DNA of 64,000 nt from Gordius albopunctatus (Eukaryota), in the NCBI GenBank assembly GCA_964276515.1, contig OZ193909.1, positions 11,532,001-11,596,000 of the forward strand, in the 5' to 3' direction. How positions within the stretch are numbered: position 1 is the first letter of the stretch; every line of letters starts with the position of its first letter. Both the position numbers and the translations under genes were made by a program. Shown one piece after another: positions 1 through 13,753 of this stretch. Below the pieces are notes generated by a model. That model saw nothing but the letters and a program-made list of their open reading frames with translations, made no database searches and was not told the DNA's origin.

Positions 1-2
1 AT

Positions 3-3000
3 ATCCGGTGTCCCGTTCCCTTTAACAAGGATATATTGATAGAAAACTTACAGAGTCCACCTGTAGTCCTGCCACACCATAATGCAAACTCAAGCCTAAA
101 TAGGGTGCACGAAGACAATTCAAAAAGTATAAAAAAAAAACATTTAAATAACATGAAATATAATTCAGAGAGATCAACGATTAATTTTAATTTATTCTTA
201 ATGACAAAATAAATTAATATTTAGAAATTATAAGTATACTAATATTATAAATTTGTTAATTTTATCATTCTAAAATACAAATATCTATTTTGTAACTACA
301 CCAAGGAGGAGATTTTAAAGATAAAAACGCGAATTTTGCTGGGGAAACACTACCGGGATTAAAAGAAATGCCTGATTTGAGTTGTGAACAATTGGACCAA
401 ATGCTACAAAATGCCGACCAAATTACCGCTTTTTGCGAAATATTGCAAGGAAAGCAGCGTTCAAAAAAGCTATTTCAAACACCCATAGCACAAGCATCTT
501 GTTCTTACTCCGCTCACCAAAACAAAGATGCCCTCCAAAATATTAGGAATCGATCGGGATCGTATAAAAATCTTGAATCGCATATTACCAACCCAACTCT
601 AGCGAACGATACTAAATATTCCTCATCTCGTTTTATAGACACTAAAAAGATTGGGAGTTTGATAATGGATTTTATTCAAAGCGAGAAGCTTTATATTGAT
701 GTGCTAGGAACTTTGCTTAAATGCTATAATGATAAAAGCTATGACATTCCTCAAATCAATTGTATGACGGAATTGTTGGGGAATATTGAGGAAATTTACC
801 TCTTTCAACGCTATTTTTTGAACAGCATCATTGAGCTTATGCGAAAGTCGGCATCAACCAAATGTGAACCCGACGAGCTATTCCTGGTAATTATAATTGC
901 AATTTCACCATATATCTTTTAATATTATAGAGTTTGACCGTTATGATTGCAGATAGTTTTATCAAGTTTTCCCCTTACTTCAAATTATACAGTACCTATT
1001 GCGCACTATTTTACAAGGCCCGGAAACATTTAATCGCCACAGAGTCTAAAGATGAAAGGGGTTCAAAATCAAAAAGTTACGGTGACTTAATAATCACATT
1101 GACTTTACCAAATCAACGTATACTCCATTATCCGGTGTTGTTACATAAGCTGATAAGCTACCTAGGTTTAAAGGAGATCAAAGAAAGCAAAAAATTGAGC
1201 TGTGCATTGAAAACTATGGAATTAATTGCGGAACACATAAATGGAATGCAAAGGATTCAGGAAGAATTTGGCAGCATATTCGATACTTTAGGTCTAGAAT
1301 ATGCTGCTCACGTTAACTCTAAACGAAAAATGAGCGCCGCTAGCAAACATACCGGTGGACAAATGTTTAGGAAAGATAGTGGTACCTTATCTGATGATTA
1401 TTACCAAGCAAATTGCGATGGCGTTAACAACGCTGAAAAGCCTATAGACCTCACAATTGGTGATTTATTATTATGTGACCACGTCGATTGGTTTAATATA
1501 CCGGATGAACCATGGAAAGGCGCAAAATCTTATTCTGTCCTACCCTGTATACTATTCGTGTTCAAAGGCGCTATTGTTATACTCTCGATAAATCCTGACA
1601 AATTTAAAGAATCCAAATCAAAAGTATTAAATCCATAGCTTATAATAGAAATTGTTATTATATCTAAACTTTTGAAATTTTAAATAGTAAATTTCTAGCA
1701 AACCTTGATGTAATTTATAATAATGAATAAAAATTTAATATAAATAAATCATACTACCAAAAATAACATGTGGATTTACTAATATAAACTTTACGCATTA
1801 ACAAAGCCTCCGTCATCATCCAAAGATACATCAACTTTACCCGAGGAATGTATAAACCATAAATTTTTGATACCTTCAAAATACATAGTGAGACTGACAA
1901 CCCTAACTAGTGATTGCAAAGAATTATTTTTCTGGGATCTTTACTATTTAAATTGGTTACTCATAGGCAATGATGGTCGTCCGCAAGAAAAGTACCTTCG
2001 ATTATCTACTAGGTATACATGCAATTGTTATAATATTATTATGAAATACATGGGCGTAGCCAAGAGGGAGGGCAGGGAGGGGCAGCCGCCCTCCTCTAAA
2101 TCCAGAAATTAGTTGGAATTTATCGAAATTATGGCTAAAATTTGGAAAAATGTTCATTTTGCCCCTCCCTAAGTCATTATTGACCCCCTATAATCCCAAT
2201 GCTGACTACGCCCATGATGAAATATATTAAACACTAACGTTTATGATGTGTTTTTAAGGAGTAAGCAATTGAGGCAACGCTTTTTAGACACTATCTCTCA
2301 AACTAAAAATACAACAAACTCTATGTCCTCTTCCAAAAGTTGCGATGACATATTGATTTACAAATCGATAGCCGAGAATCCGACTTGCGTGTACAATGGA
2401 ACTACCGCTCTACCTTCTTTTAAACCCAATCATATACGTCGTAGTAATACTAGAGCATCTGCAAACATTACCATAACTTCATCTTGTGATTTAACCAACC
2501 AATCATATGTTCACATCAACAACATTCAGCGAGGACAAGAAAAAGTAATAATCAACCCTCCGCCGCCACCTTTAGAGACGAGTGCCATCAATGATACTAC
2601 GCCTAATAGGGCAGCTTGCTCATCAAGTGTTATCCACAAAGGCCCAACTAAGTTAACCAAATCGAAAGGAATCGCAACCATTACCGAAACTATTGAAACA
2701 AACTTAGACCATTTTAACATTTCGGAGAGTGATTTTACACTGAATATTTCCACAAATTCCGTCGATTCTTATCCACCCGGATTTTCAAAAGGCTTTGATT
2801 ATGACGATGCTCTGCCACACAGAACGTTATCATTTTCATCAGTAGCCGTCATTTCTATATTACCGCAGTCCGTTTCCACGGCTACCCTCACCTTATCTAC
2901 TACTTCCTCTAATGTTAATAAGCCTTGCGACTTAGCCACACACACGGCTACGACTAGCAAGCAAAATGCCAATTCTAATTCCCGATATTTATGTTCTCCC

Positions 3001-3189
3001 GAATGGGAGCTAAGCACCAAAAGTAGAACGCCATCACCCGTTTGGAAGCCGCTGGAGGTAAAGCATAATCCATCAGAGTCCAATCATCGGTCAATCGCGT
3101 CTAAACTAATAGCCAATAAATCGGGAGGCGTTAGTGATAAATCACACAAAAAATCTCACATCAATACCTACATTTCCGATTTTTTATAA
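3..3189 (+). CDS. sif: Tiam1/still life-like Rac guanine nucleotide exchange factor, 3' part (DH-PH domains and Ser/Thr-rich tail); 5' end lies outside the window
   Basis: Exons <3-126, 306-886, 931-1623, 1807-2012, 2259-3189 join in phase across GT-AG introns. Motifs match recalled Tiam1/Sif: NADQITAFCE, SEKLYIDVL, FKLYSTYCA, PNQRILHYPVLL, KTMELIAEHINGMQRIQEEFGSIFD, DLTIGDLLL. Confidence 0.85.
2049..2216. mobile_element. hAT-type MITE in GEF intron
   Basis: TIRs CATGGGCGTAG...CTACGCCCATG; exact 8-bp TSD ATGAAATA (2041-2048, 2217-2224). Confidence 0.9.
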
Positions 3190-3725
3190 ATATCTATTTA
3201 TGGATGCGTAGTAAGGCGCAATATAAATATACGTATGTTATTAATAATCATAATGGTGTACTTGTAAATTTTGTATTATATCAAAGGTCACATTACTAGT
3301 ACTGCTAATGGTGCCATTGCTGTGTTTTTAACTATTTGTCAAATTCAAATAAACCAAAAAATCGTTGTTATAACCCCGTTTTTTATCAAGCAACATTTAA
3401 TTTCACGTCTAAAGTCACTTCTAAATTTAAATACTAGATAGGGGCTATAAAATATAATTACCTCTTGGCACGTAGGAAGTTGTAGCGTTAGATTTAGAGT
3501 ACAATTATTAATGCCTCTTTTATAATTTAAATGCGAAACATTAGAAAAAGAGATTTGTGATATATTTAATTTTTTGTTTAATCTTAACGATGATTTGTAA
3601 AAAATAGACTGCAATCTAAAAATGAAAAAATTACGGATAGATAATGACCGAACCTAACCTAAACAATTTATCACAACCCTCACCTAACCCAAGTTTGGGC
3701 CTTACATGCCAAACGGGGGTTGTGT

Positions 3726-4747
3726 TAGAGCCCTGCACGGGTGGCCCGAAACCCGCCCCGAACCCCACCCGAGAAATTTTTAAAATTCCTTCGTGTCTGG
3801 TTCGGATTAAAAATTTTGATTTTCTTTCGGGTCGGGTTCGGGTTGAAAAGCTTTTGGGTCGGATCCGGGTCGGGTTTAAGGTTCTAAATCGTACGTTGCC
3901 TAATAAACATATCTTTTAAATTAATGCCATTATATATATTAATATTTTAAAATTAATCGAAATGTATGATTAATTTATCTCATTCCGTCCTTTATATTAT
4001 TTCCTTGTAATTTACATCTCATTTTTAAATTTACGCAATTAACTCAAGAAAGGTTAATAACTTGATTGATGTTATAAATATGATAAACATATAATTGATA
4101 TCACAACTTTTTAAAGATTCTCTGAACTCTCATTTTTCTTTTTTAAAAATTAATGTCTAACTTTGTTTTACTGCCTACACTAGAATATAGTAAAATTATC
4201 ATGATTATGTATTAAACGAATGATTAAAATGTATAAGAAACATTATTTTACAAATATTATTTAAAAAATTAGAGTTTATAAAAATGATCCAATTTTCTCC
4301 TTTCATTTCGCACACCTTAAAATCAAAATTACTTGATAATAGAGACAGTCTCAGTTTAATTTAGCTAAAGTTTAAGAATATCTGCATTTTATTTTTTATA
4401 GTGCCTACTGAAAATAATGAATGGCTTGTTAAGAGCGATACTTTAGATAAAAATATGATAAAAAACTTTTATACATGCATTTTTTCCTAATGCTTTCACT
4501 TCTGGCAAACATGATTTAAAATTCTTCATAGATATATAATCTCTAAAATGATTTAAAATGTTGTAAAATCTGTTGTTTTTTGGGGGATAACATTTTGTTG
4601 CCATTTAAAAATCAATTTTACACCAATAACTTTTTTTGGGTTGGGTTCGGGTTAAAAACGCTTTCGGGTCGGGTTCGGGTTGAAAAATTTAAAACGCTTT
4701 TGGGTCGGTCAAGTTCGGGTCAAAAAAAGTGACTTTGCAGGGCTCTA
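3726..4747. mobile_element. Non-autonomous TIR element (hAT-like)
   Basis: TIRs TAGAGCCCTGCA...TGCAGGGCTCTA; subterminal TCGGGT/ACCCGA repeats; no clean TSD. Confidence 0.7.
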
Positions 4748-5304
4748 TGTTTTGATACCCCGCAACACTCAATCTTTGATCGAAGATTATAAGGCAATAA
4801 ATTGCCACAAATTTTATTTTAATTTTCTAGGGAGGCCAAAAATTTTTTTACTCATTTTAATCAATTTAAAAATATTATAAAGTATCAATAAATATTATGA
4901 TAGTCAGCGTGACATTAATAATAGAATATAGGCAAACCCGTCCTAAAATAAAAATTTTGCATTAATAGATTATAATTTTATATTAAAAGTGGCTCTAACC
5001 CGATCTGAAAATAAATGTTAATCCCACAGGGATAAAAACTATTACCCCGCCTAAAAAATTGTATTAAAAGCTGTGGAAAATTTGAATTTAAAAAAATCTT
5101 TCACCCCCTCCCCCTTATAAAATATTAATTTTAGGGTTTAGGTTAATTTTCTATTTTGAATCTTTCGATAAGGTAAAGGTTTAATTGTAAGCCGCGTGTA
5201 AAATTGCCTCAAATTTTTCTATTTTCTATGACATAATCTTTCTATTATACACATGTTCTTAATGAAATATAATACTAGTCAAGAAATAATGGTCTTGTGT
5301 AAAT

Positions 5305-5606
5305 AACCGGGAAACGGTCAACATATTCCGATAGAGTTATTTGTGGTCAACACAAAAAGTAAAAACAATAGGGGAATAAATCATTTTCCAATGTTTTACC
5401 CTAAGTTGGTTCTACCACTTAGAGGTTTAAAATTTTTTTAGCCATTCTATATCACTCTATTGAGCATCGAAAAGGGTCAAAAACGGTCATTTTCGCAACT
5501 TTGAATCAAAATATCTAAAAAAAACTTGACGTATAGGAAAAAACGAAAAACATATTTGTGTTCACCACAAAAAAATCTATCGGAATATGTTGCCCGTTTC
5601 CCGGTT
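5305..5606. mobile_element. Inverted-repeat MITE remnant
   Basis: AACCGGGAAACGGTCAACATATTCCGATAGA is inverted at 5576-5606; related sequence occurs at about 54630-54760. Confidence 0.55.
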
Positions 5607-5661
5607 TACAAAAATCAATCATTTGATTTTATTTATCTACCATAACATGCTTGGTATTATG

Positions 5662-5864
5662 TAGAGTTGTTAAATTGCTAACTTTCTTCAAACTCCAGAC
5701 GCGAGCCCGCACACTGAGTTGCTTAATATGCGCGTTAGCACAATATGTGCTCGCTGTTCGGTGCATTGGGCAGAACATTAGCATATAAAAATGCTCGAGG
5801 ACCGAGCAGAAACTCGAGCAGATGGTAGCTGGAGTTGAAGAAAGTTAGCAATTTAACAACTCTA
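5662..5864. mobile_element. hAT-type MITE with ~36-bp TIRs
   Basis: TAGAGTTGTTAAATTGCTAACTTTCTTCAA and its inverse; exact 8-bp TSD GTATTATG. Confidence 0.9.
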
Positions 5865-8706
5865 GTATTATGAGTCTATTAGCTATTGATTCTCATCAGA
5901 GCAGAAAAACCCGACCCGGCCCGCTGCCCAAAATTGCTCACCTGGTCCACGGGCCGGACCTGCAAACTTGTATAAATTTAAATTTTCGAGAGGGCCTGGG
6001 CGGGCTTAATTAGCTACTTTTAAGTAGTGTAATTTTTTCCGTATATTGTTACTTTTCTATTTGATACTTTAATATGAATAAATCGTAATTCCTCTTCGAA
6101 AATATCGAGAACTAAATTAATTTTTTTTGTATTACTAAAAACTTAAAATTCATCATTTCGCGTCGGGCAGTTGGGGCAGGTCTCCATGCCCAATTTATAA
6201 TTTAGGCATGGCGGGGCGGACGCTCAATAGGGTTCGGCAAACCCGGATGAGCGATTTAGTTATCAAATATGATCGGATCGGGTTCAGGCAACAAAATCTA
6301 AACAAATTTTACCTCTTATTCTTATAAAAACTACAGTTTCAACACAAAATCTTATTATCCGCTTTTAAATCTTAATTTTAAGTGAATTTAAAAACTGCTA
6401 CCTTAAAAATACACTTTTTTTCGATAAATGTATATATAATAAATGCATTTTGTTATGGTTAGGACTTTTGCACCCTCTAATTTATTTTATATTTAATTTT
6501 AAAAGTGACAAAAAAGTAGTAAATTATATTTAAATTCTCATTAAGCCCGCATTACCCCAAACTTGTTATGGTGCCCGCCCAGGCTTACATGAAAATCAAA
6601 ATTTATAACGGTTGCCTGCACAGCCCCTAGGCCGAGAGGGCCCGGAAGTGGGCATAACTTTTTTTAATTACGACTAAAATTATTTAAACTTTTTTTGGCA
6701 ACTTCTCCACTCCCCCCCCCCCCCCTTGAGAAAATTCTGGCTACGCGTCTGACTAGATATTTTAATTTAGTTTTTGAAATTTTGGTAACTCATCCATATC
6801 ATTGATACTCAGAATGTTAGATACAAAAAACAGTCAAATTTATATACCTTATTGCAAGCTAAAAACGAAAGGGTAAAGAAGCCAAATCAGAGCCTTAATA
6901 TGTTTTAACTTCCTTCCTAATTTCGCAACTAGTAGTTATGTAAACAATTAGTCATCCCTCTAGTCCTTGGGACAATGGAAAAGTTATGCAAACACAATTA
7001 ATACGTAGTAGTAGTATAAGCCTCTTCTTTTTCCCATTTAACTCCATTCAATCTCAACTTTCTCTTTGATTTCATCATCCTGCACCGCCTGCCCTTTATC
7101 CTTTGTTTGTACCTTTGTTTGACTTGTTCAATTTCTTGGCCGGAAATATTGTTGTCGCGCTTAACGATATTTTATGACTTTTAAATAGTTCCATTACATG
7201 TTGTAAATACATATTTTGTGCTAAGTAATTTGGATAAGGAAGTAACCCAGTTTCCCCTGAGACTTTTAGTATAATTAAAACTATATATAAAGAAACCAAG
7301 TTGACTAAAAACCTAGGACATGGTGAACAAGAATATAATATACACTTTTTTGATGATGCTTCGGCTAATAAAACAAGTAGGAAGGTGTTAGTTGTTAATA
7401 CGACAAATTTAAATCGAAAAGTGTTTTGGGAGCGGTTACAAAACTTTTATGATTGATAATAATTAAGTTATTTAAAAATCGAAAGAGAAACAAATCCTAC
7501 TTCAATTTTCTCTTTTAATAAGTTAGCAATTAATAAATTTTTAATATTAACTTACATGGGCGTAGCCATCGGGGGGGGGGGAACAAAACTTTAATTTTTT
7601 TAATTTTTAAGGGTTTTTGCATTGAAATTTTTTTTTTCGTAGCCCAAATATTTATGGTAATTATAATACTCTTGATTCCGTATTAAATTAAAACCTGGGC
7701 ATTAATATTCAAAATTTATATAGATGACGATTTAAGTATGCTAAACAATATTTTTGAATAGGAAAACTCAAAGTATTACTTAATCGAAAACTTTAGGTAT
7801 TAAATTAAATTAATCGTGTATAAGAAATCATAAAACCACTTATAGTATGTCAAAAAACAACTTTTATCCAATGATCGGCAAAAGAAATATTGAAATAAAA
7901 TTATTTAAAAACAAATTTATTTAACTAAAAAATATTAATACTTACCTTTTAAATGTCAATAAAGAAAGATTAATATATACTAAAAAATGTACGCATATAT
8001 TATCTGCACAAAAATTTTGTTTTAGAAAATCGATGCAGTTCATGTCATTTGAAAGGTATTATTTAATTTGCTAAGCATGTTGCTTTTTCCTGGCGATTAA
8101 CGTTAGGTTAAAATATAGGAACGCTAAAAAAGATTGACACAAATTATAGATTTTGCTCAAAGTCATATAAATTTTAAAAATAATAATATGGCAGGATGGT
8201 ATATATGGTTAGGGCCATGGCCCATGGGATTAGCTAGCATGGGAATTAGAGTGGGCCAAAAATGATTTAGGGAGGGGCAAAAGTAATTTTAATAAATTGT
8301 AACAAATTTTTGGAGTTATTATTTACCAAAATATTCGATCTTAATTTTCTCAATAATGTTAATGCCATTATTGTCTTTTTGTTATTTTAATACTTTATTA
8401 TACAATTTCAAATGCCTATGCCTTTGCTTTTTTTTAAATGTGTAAGATTTTAATTATAGGGCGACAAGGCCGTATCCAGGGTTTGAATCAGATAGATGAG
8501 AAAACACTACTTTTCAATTAAGATCGAGTAGAAAAACTACAAATATATGGAAATGTTATAATATCAAGGCGTTTTGTAGCATTTAAACAACTATTTCAAA
8601 TTCCAATATAAAAAAATCATGAAATCAGTATAAATTCATTTCCTATTAACAATTTAGAAACTTGCCTTATAAATCTAATATGTCCATAATATGATAATCA
8701 CAAAAA

Positions 8707-8911
8707 TTATGGGCGTGGTGGCGTAGTGGGCAGAGCGTTAGTCTTTGAAGCAAGAGCTCGCAGGTTCAATCCTGCCTCTGGCACTTATTTCAAATAGATT
8801 CAAAATCAGATCGTCACCACAGCTGTCAGGCCTGGATAGCCGAGCATCACCCCTTATCCAAATATCTAAAGAAGCTGATCACCTTAGTGTGACAAACAGC
8901 TATTGGAAATT
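8707..8911 (+). mobile_element. tRNA-derived SINE
   Basis: tRNA-like head from 8711 with A box TGGCGTAGTGG and B box GGTTCAATCC, followed by a non-tRNA body; 17-bp direct repeat TATGATAATCACAAAAA at 8690-8706 and 8912-8928. Confidence 0.75.
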
Positions 8912-11900
8912 TATGATAATCACAAAAAATGGGCTATAAAGTATAAAATAAGATTTATTGTAGTCGAAAGGAATTTCTTGCATTTTTTCATCCCGCACCA
9001 AGTCCGCAGATTCAAGCAGAAATTTGCGCCGCACCAGGCCTGAATTGATTAAGTAAAAACAAGCGGAACTTTTTTTTATTTACTTTTATATAATTAAAAC
9101 GTTGTATAGACAGACGGTTGCTAATCTACTACGGCACGTACAGAATTAGAAAATATTGTCATGGGATTAGCTAGCATTGGAATTAGAGGGAGACAACATG
9201 CTTTAGGGAGGGAAAAATGATAATTTTTTGAAATTATAGCCATAATTTTAATAAATTTCAACAATTTTTTGGAGCCGCACCTCCTTTCCCCCTTGCTTGT
9301 CGTTTATAAATAAAAGACTTTCTATTTTATTGGGTTTTAATCTGCTCCTCCCCTCTTCTATAAGATTACTTGCCTTACTAAAAGTACCCTCACTAGTGGA
9401 GCTCAAATTTAATATCAATGGTTGATGTTTTTTTAACCATAGAAGTGAATCTGGCTTAAAAATATCAAATTTTCAATTTTGCTCAAGATGAATAAAATTT
9501 TATTACCCTTAAATACTATACGTGCCATCCTTCATTCTTATATTCATAATTTTAAAAGAGAGATAAATAAAGTTCAAACGTTTTGTTCATCTAGGCCCAA
9601 GCCCGGGCGCATTTTACTTGGCCCTATTTTTGGCCCGGTCCGTGCAGACCTTTAGTATACTAATAGCTTATTTAACAAAAGTAAAAGTAATAATATATCG
9701 GACACACTTTGGGTAAAATAAGGCATTTTTTATAATTTAGGCTCTAAAAACTAATCCAGATAAATTGGAATATAAAAAACGTGTAAATTATTGATTTAAA
9801 AAAGTAAATTAAAGGCTTTTAAATCTTAATATCATACCAAAATTTTTAAAAAATAGTTTATATAACCTTCAAACATTGATAAGGCAGTTTATAGCTTTGG
9901 AGCTTTACATTAAAGTTTGACACAAACTTGAAATATACTAATTTGTAGTGCATATTCTCTTTCCATCCCACACTATATTTTAATTATATTTATATCATAT
10001 TTCCATTTTGCGATATATCTGTGCCAAAAACTACATTGTGTAGAAAAAAATTTAAGCCCGCCTTACAAAATAACTATGGATGAGGGAACATTAATATAAA
10101 AAATATTTGTAGGGCTTGATCGAGGTCATCTCTAATGGATACACCTACGTTGAGAACGTGAAATTTCGCAATAACATGTAAAAATGTCAAAGCAATCCCC
10201 CATCTTCGAAAACTCCACCACGAGCTCGGATCAAGTATAATATAGTAATAAACCGCAAAGCGTGTATGAGACTGTATTTCAATATCTCAAGTCTATTTAA
10301 GCTTGCAAGGGAGGAAATTTAATCTCGAAATAGCGAAAAATTATAAAAGTTTAGGACTTTTGAAATAGCCGACAAAAGAAAGGTGGTCATAGCTATTTAA
10401 ATTCAGACCACTGTGCTAGCTACATTTCAAAGCGGCTCTTAGGTTAAATAATTTGCGTTTGAATAATATTGATACTATACTCTTAATAGGTATATCAGTG
10501 AACGATTTCTTTTCCACCAACCGGGGGAATATCTTAACTTTGAAATAGCAGCAATATGTTAAAGTAACAATCAAGTGTCGCATATCCGTTGTCGCGGTAA
10601 AAATTAAATTTTCTACCTTATACTTTACCTTGTAATAAAATAAAGTTGATTTTTTTATAATCTGGTTGAAATGTTTAACTTTTGACTAATGTAACTTAAA
10701 TTTTAATTCTCTTATTTTAACAGATTCTATAAAAATCATTATTAAGTAAATACCTGGACATCAAAATAATGAGCGCTTAAAATGCGCTAAATTGGTATTA
10801 GAAATTTTAAAATTTAAATTTGGATGATGTGCTGCAACTTTTCAAATGACTGAAAAAAAGTGATACTATTATAGCTATTTTATTGCAAAAATTATATTTT
10901 TATAAATATATTCATGAGTTCTTCATAGATATATTTTCGGGAATTGTCGAGGGTGTTAAAAAATTATTGTAGTTAATATAATATTTGTCCTCATAGAGGA
11001 CATCGTGAAATAAATAAAATAGATTTAAATCAAATAGATTTAAATAAAATAAAATATAAACTAAATAGAATTTTCCTTTGGTAGTGATAAATTAGTGTGT
11101 ATCCAAGGGTATATGACGCTTTCAATTTTTAAATTAGAGAAGTGTTAATAAATATATTTTTGTGTTTACGGTTTTTTTGTGTAATGAATTTGAGATAGTT
11201 ATAAAACAAGTATATTGGCTTGAAACAAAAAATATATATAATTTTAAAAATACAGAAAAGGATGCTTAAAAGGTTTTAAATAATTTATTGTAGGTGAAAC
11301 TTAACTTTACTCGCATATATATCCTTTGAAATATTATTTAAACAGATTTTAAATTGATAAAATTTAGTGAATTTAGGGGTAAATATGTATTCCTGCCCTG
11401 GCGCTATAGCCCCCCCTCAATCCGTTAGAGATTAATTAATTATTATGATTTAGTTTATAAACTATAGGGAAAATTCTAGAGGCAATAAGATTGCGAATTG
11501 GTGACAAACTTTAATTGATTTTTTTATTAAAGTCGAGGCTCTACCTTAAAAAATTATTTTATATAGAATTTGAATTTTTGGAAGCCTTTACAAGGATTCA
11601 ATTGCAATCAATTATCATTTAATTTGGTATTAACTTAAACTTTTTAATTATAATCTCGTCGCTTAAGATCTTCTTTAAAGAATTGAACAAATTGCATTTA
11701 AATTCGATTTATCTTACGATGGTGAAAAACTCAGTTAAGGCTTCTGTTGTGAAGATCGATAAATTAATTTAATAATATATGAAGGGTGTCTAATGTTTTT
11801 CAAGAACTTATGATGGTCTATGGCACTTATTTTACGATATTGCTAGTTAGAATATACTTAACTTCATAACTTTCATAATTGATCATAATGATTAGATTGA

Positions 11901-12689
11901 AACCTTTTAAAACAATTTTAATTTATAGTTGTCGACTTACTTTTTTTAGATTGCACGCAGTGCTTCTTTCAGCCGCCAAATTTATTAAATTTTTTAAATC
12001 GGCATAAACTTGCCCTTCGCAGCACTTCCCCGACCCTACATTTAAGGCTTTAATATTTTAAAAATCGAAAGCAAAAAAATAAAGAAATTTTGGGAGGAAT
12101 TCTTATAATTTATCAAAAAAATCTAAGACAAAAGGTATATTAATAAAATAGATTAAAAATAACATAACATGTATTGGAGAACAACCCCAAAGCTTTCATT
12201 TATGCTGCACAATAGTCATAATTATATCGTTTAAAAATGAACGTGAGATAAATTAAAAATTCCGAAGGCGGGTAGGAAATTTTTAATAAAGTTTCTTCAA
12301 GGGTAACAAAAAGTCTCCAATTTAAAAAATTCTTAAATTTATGAAAGTTTAAAACTAATATTAAATTTTTAAAATTTAAAATGGTTTTAAGGTCGGTCAA
12401 TCTGTTTTAAGTCATGAGACATTAAAAAGCAACCCTAACCCGTTTTGATAAGTTTTAGACAAACACAATATGGTATCTATAATAAACAGCAAAACTATTT
12501 TGGTGAGCAGATTGAATTTTTCTGTTGTTTAATAATTATCATATGGCTTTTTATTCATGATTATTAATGCTTGTAATATTGATTTTTATTATTTTTTGCC
12601 AATTGGTGAAAAACTATAAAGCAACCTAAAGATTTGTGACAAACCAAATTAAACTTTTTTGTTATTTTTTTGCTAATTGCTCAAAGACT

Positions 12690-12835
12690 CACAGGCGTAG
12701 CCAAGGGGGGGGGGGCAAGGAGAGGCGGCTTCCCCCCTCTGAATTAAAAAATTTATTAAAATTATGACTAAAATTTGAAAAAATGTTTATTTTGCCCTTC
12801 CCTTAATCATCATTGCCCCCCTCTGATTCCAATGA
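12690..12835. mobile_element. Truncated copy of the 2049-2216 MITE family
   Basis: Colinear similarity to 2049-2200 (GGCGTAGCCAAG...TTTTGCCC...CATTGCCCCC); right TIR missing. Confidence 0.65.
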
Positions 12836-13753
12836 TTATAAAATAGTCTAAAGATTTGTAACAAATCACATTAAATCATGGGTATAACTTTTATAAATTT
12901 AAATTTTGCTTTAGGCTATATAATAACCCACCTTTGGAAATAGGTGTAATAAAAATTAAATCCAATAAGTTATAATATTTTCTCGTAATAATCTACTTTA
13001 TTTCAGTGTCGTTGTAAAAAAATTAAACAAAATGCGTAAAGTTATTAAATTAACTATAATTTTTAAAGATGAAAAACCTTAATACTTATCAAGCGAGGTT
13101 TTGTGGCTCAGTGTGTGTATTATATAATGGCAAAATTTCTATATTATACCTTTAGTTGTCGCGGTGGGTGTCACTGACGTCAATCAATATCACTCTTCCA
13201 CGCTTATGCGTATCCCCCAATACTTTAAAAGGCAATATCTGCTGGGGATACCTTTTAGGTACCGATGCACAGCCATACGCAGCGTTTTATTTTTAATCGT
13301 ATAAATAAGTCTGACTGCCTTTTAACGTTTTTAACATTTCCACTACTGCCCCACATTAATATCTCACTTTGAATTTTAGGATAAATACACCACCGATAAT
13401 GATAAATTAAAATGATTAATGAACGAAGACTGAATATCGAAATTCTTAGCGATCAAAATCGGATATAAATTAACTTTCAAGTAAAATCTCGAAAATTAGT
13501 GATACATATCGCACTATATTAACAACTTAACCTCACAACGGCGCTAACTCTTTCACCTATAACCTAGGTATATCACATCTCAGCTACATTACCGTGTATC
13601 AATTGGTTGCCATTCCGATCGCAAATTTTAAAACGCACGACAAATTTTAAGTGGGATTGTGAATTTTGGCACTCAAGAGGCAACGGTTAAAGATACGCTG
13701 CACTACCCTGCCCCCTCCAAAGAGAATCTCTTAAAAAACCTCAGAAATTTAGC

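Noticed and set aside
8711..8785. Functional tRNA gene
   Set aside because: Acceptor and anticodon stems pair poorly, and the unit is flanked by a TSD with a non-tRNA body; better explained as a SINE head.
3345..12400. Short ORFs in the track (3345, 3644, 4680, 7096, 8745, 12200)
   Set aside because: Low-complexity translations of AT-rich or MITE sequence with no recognisable motif or splice support.
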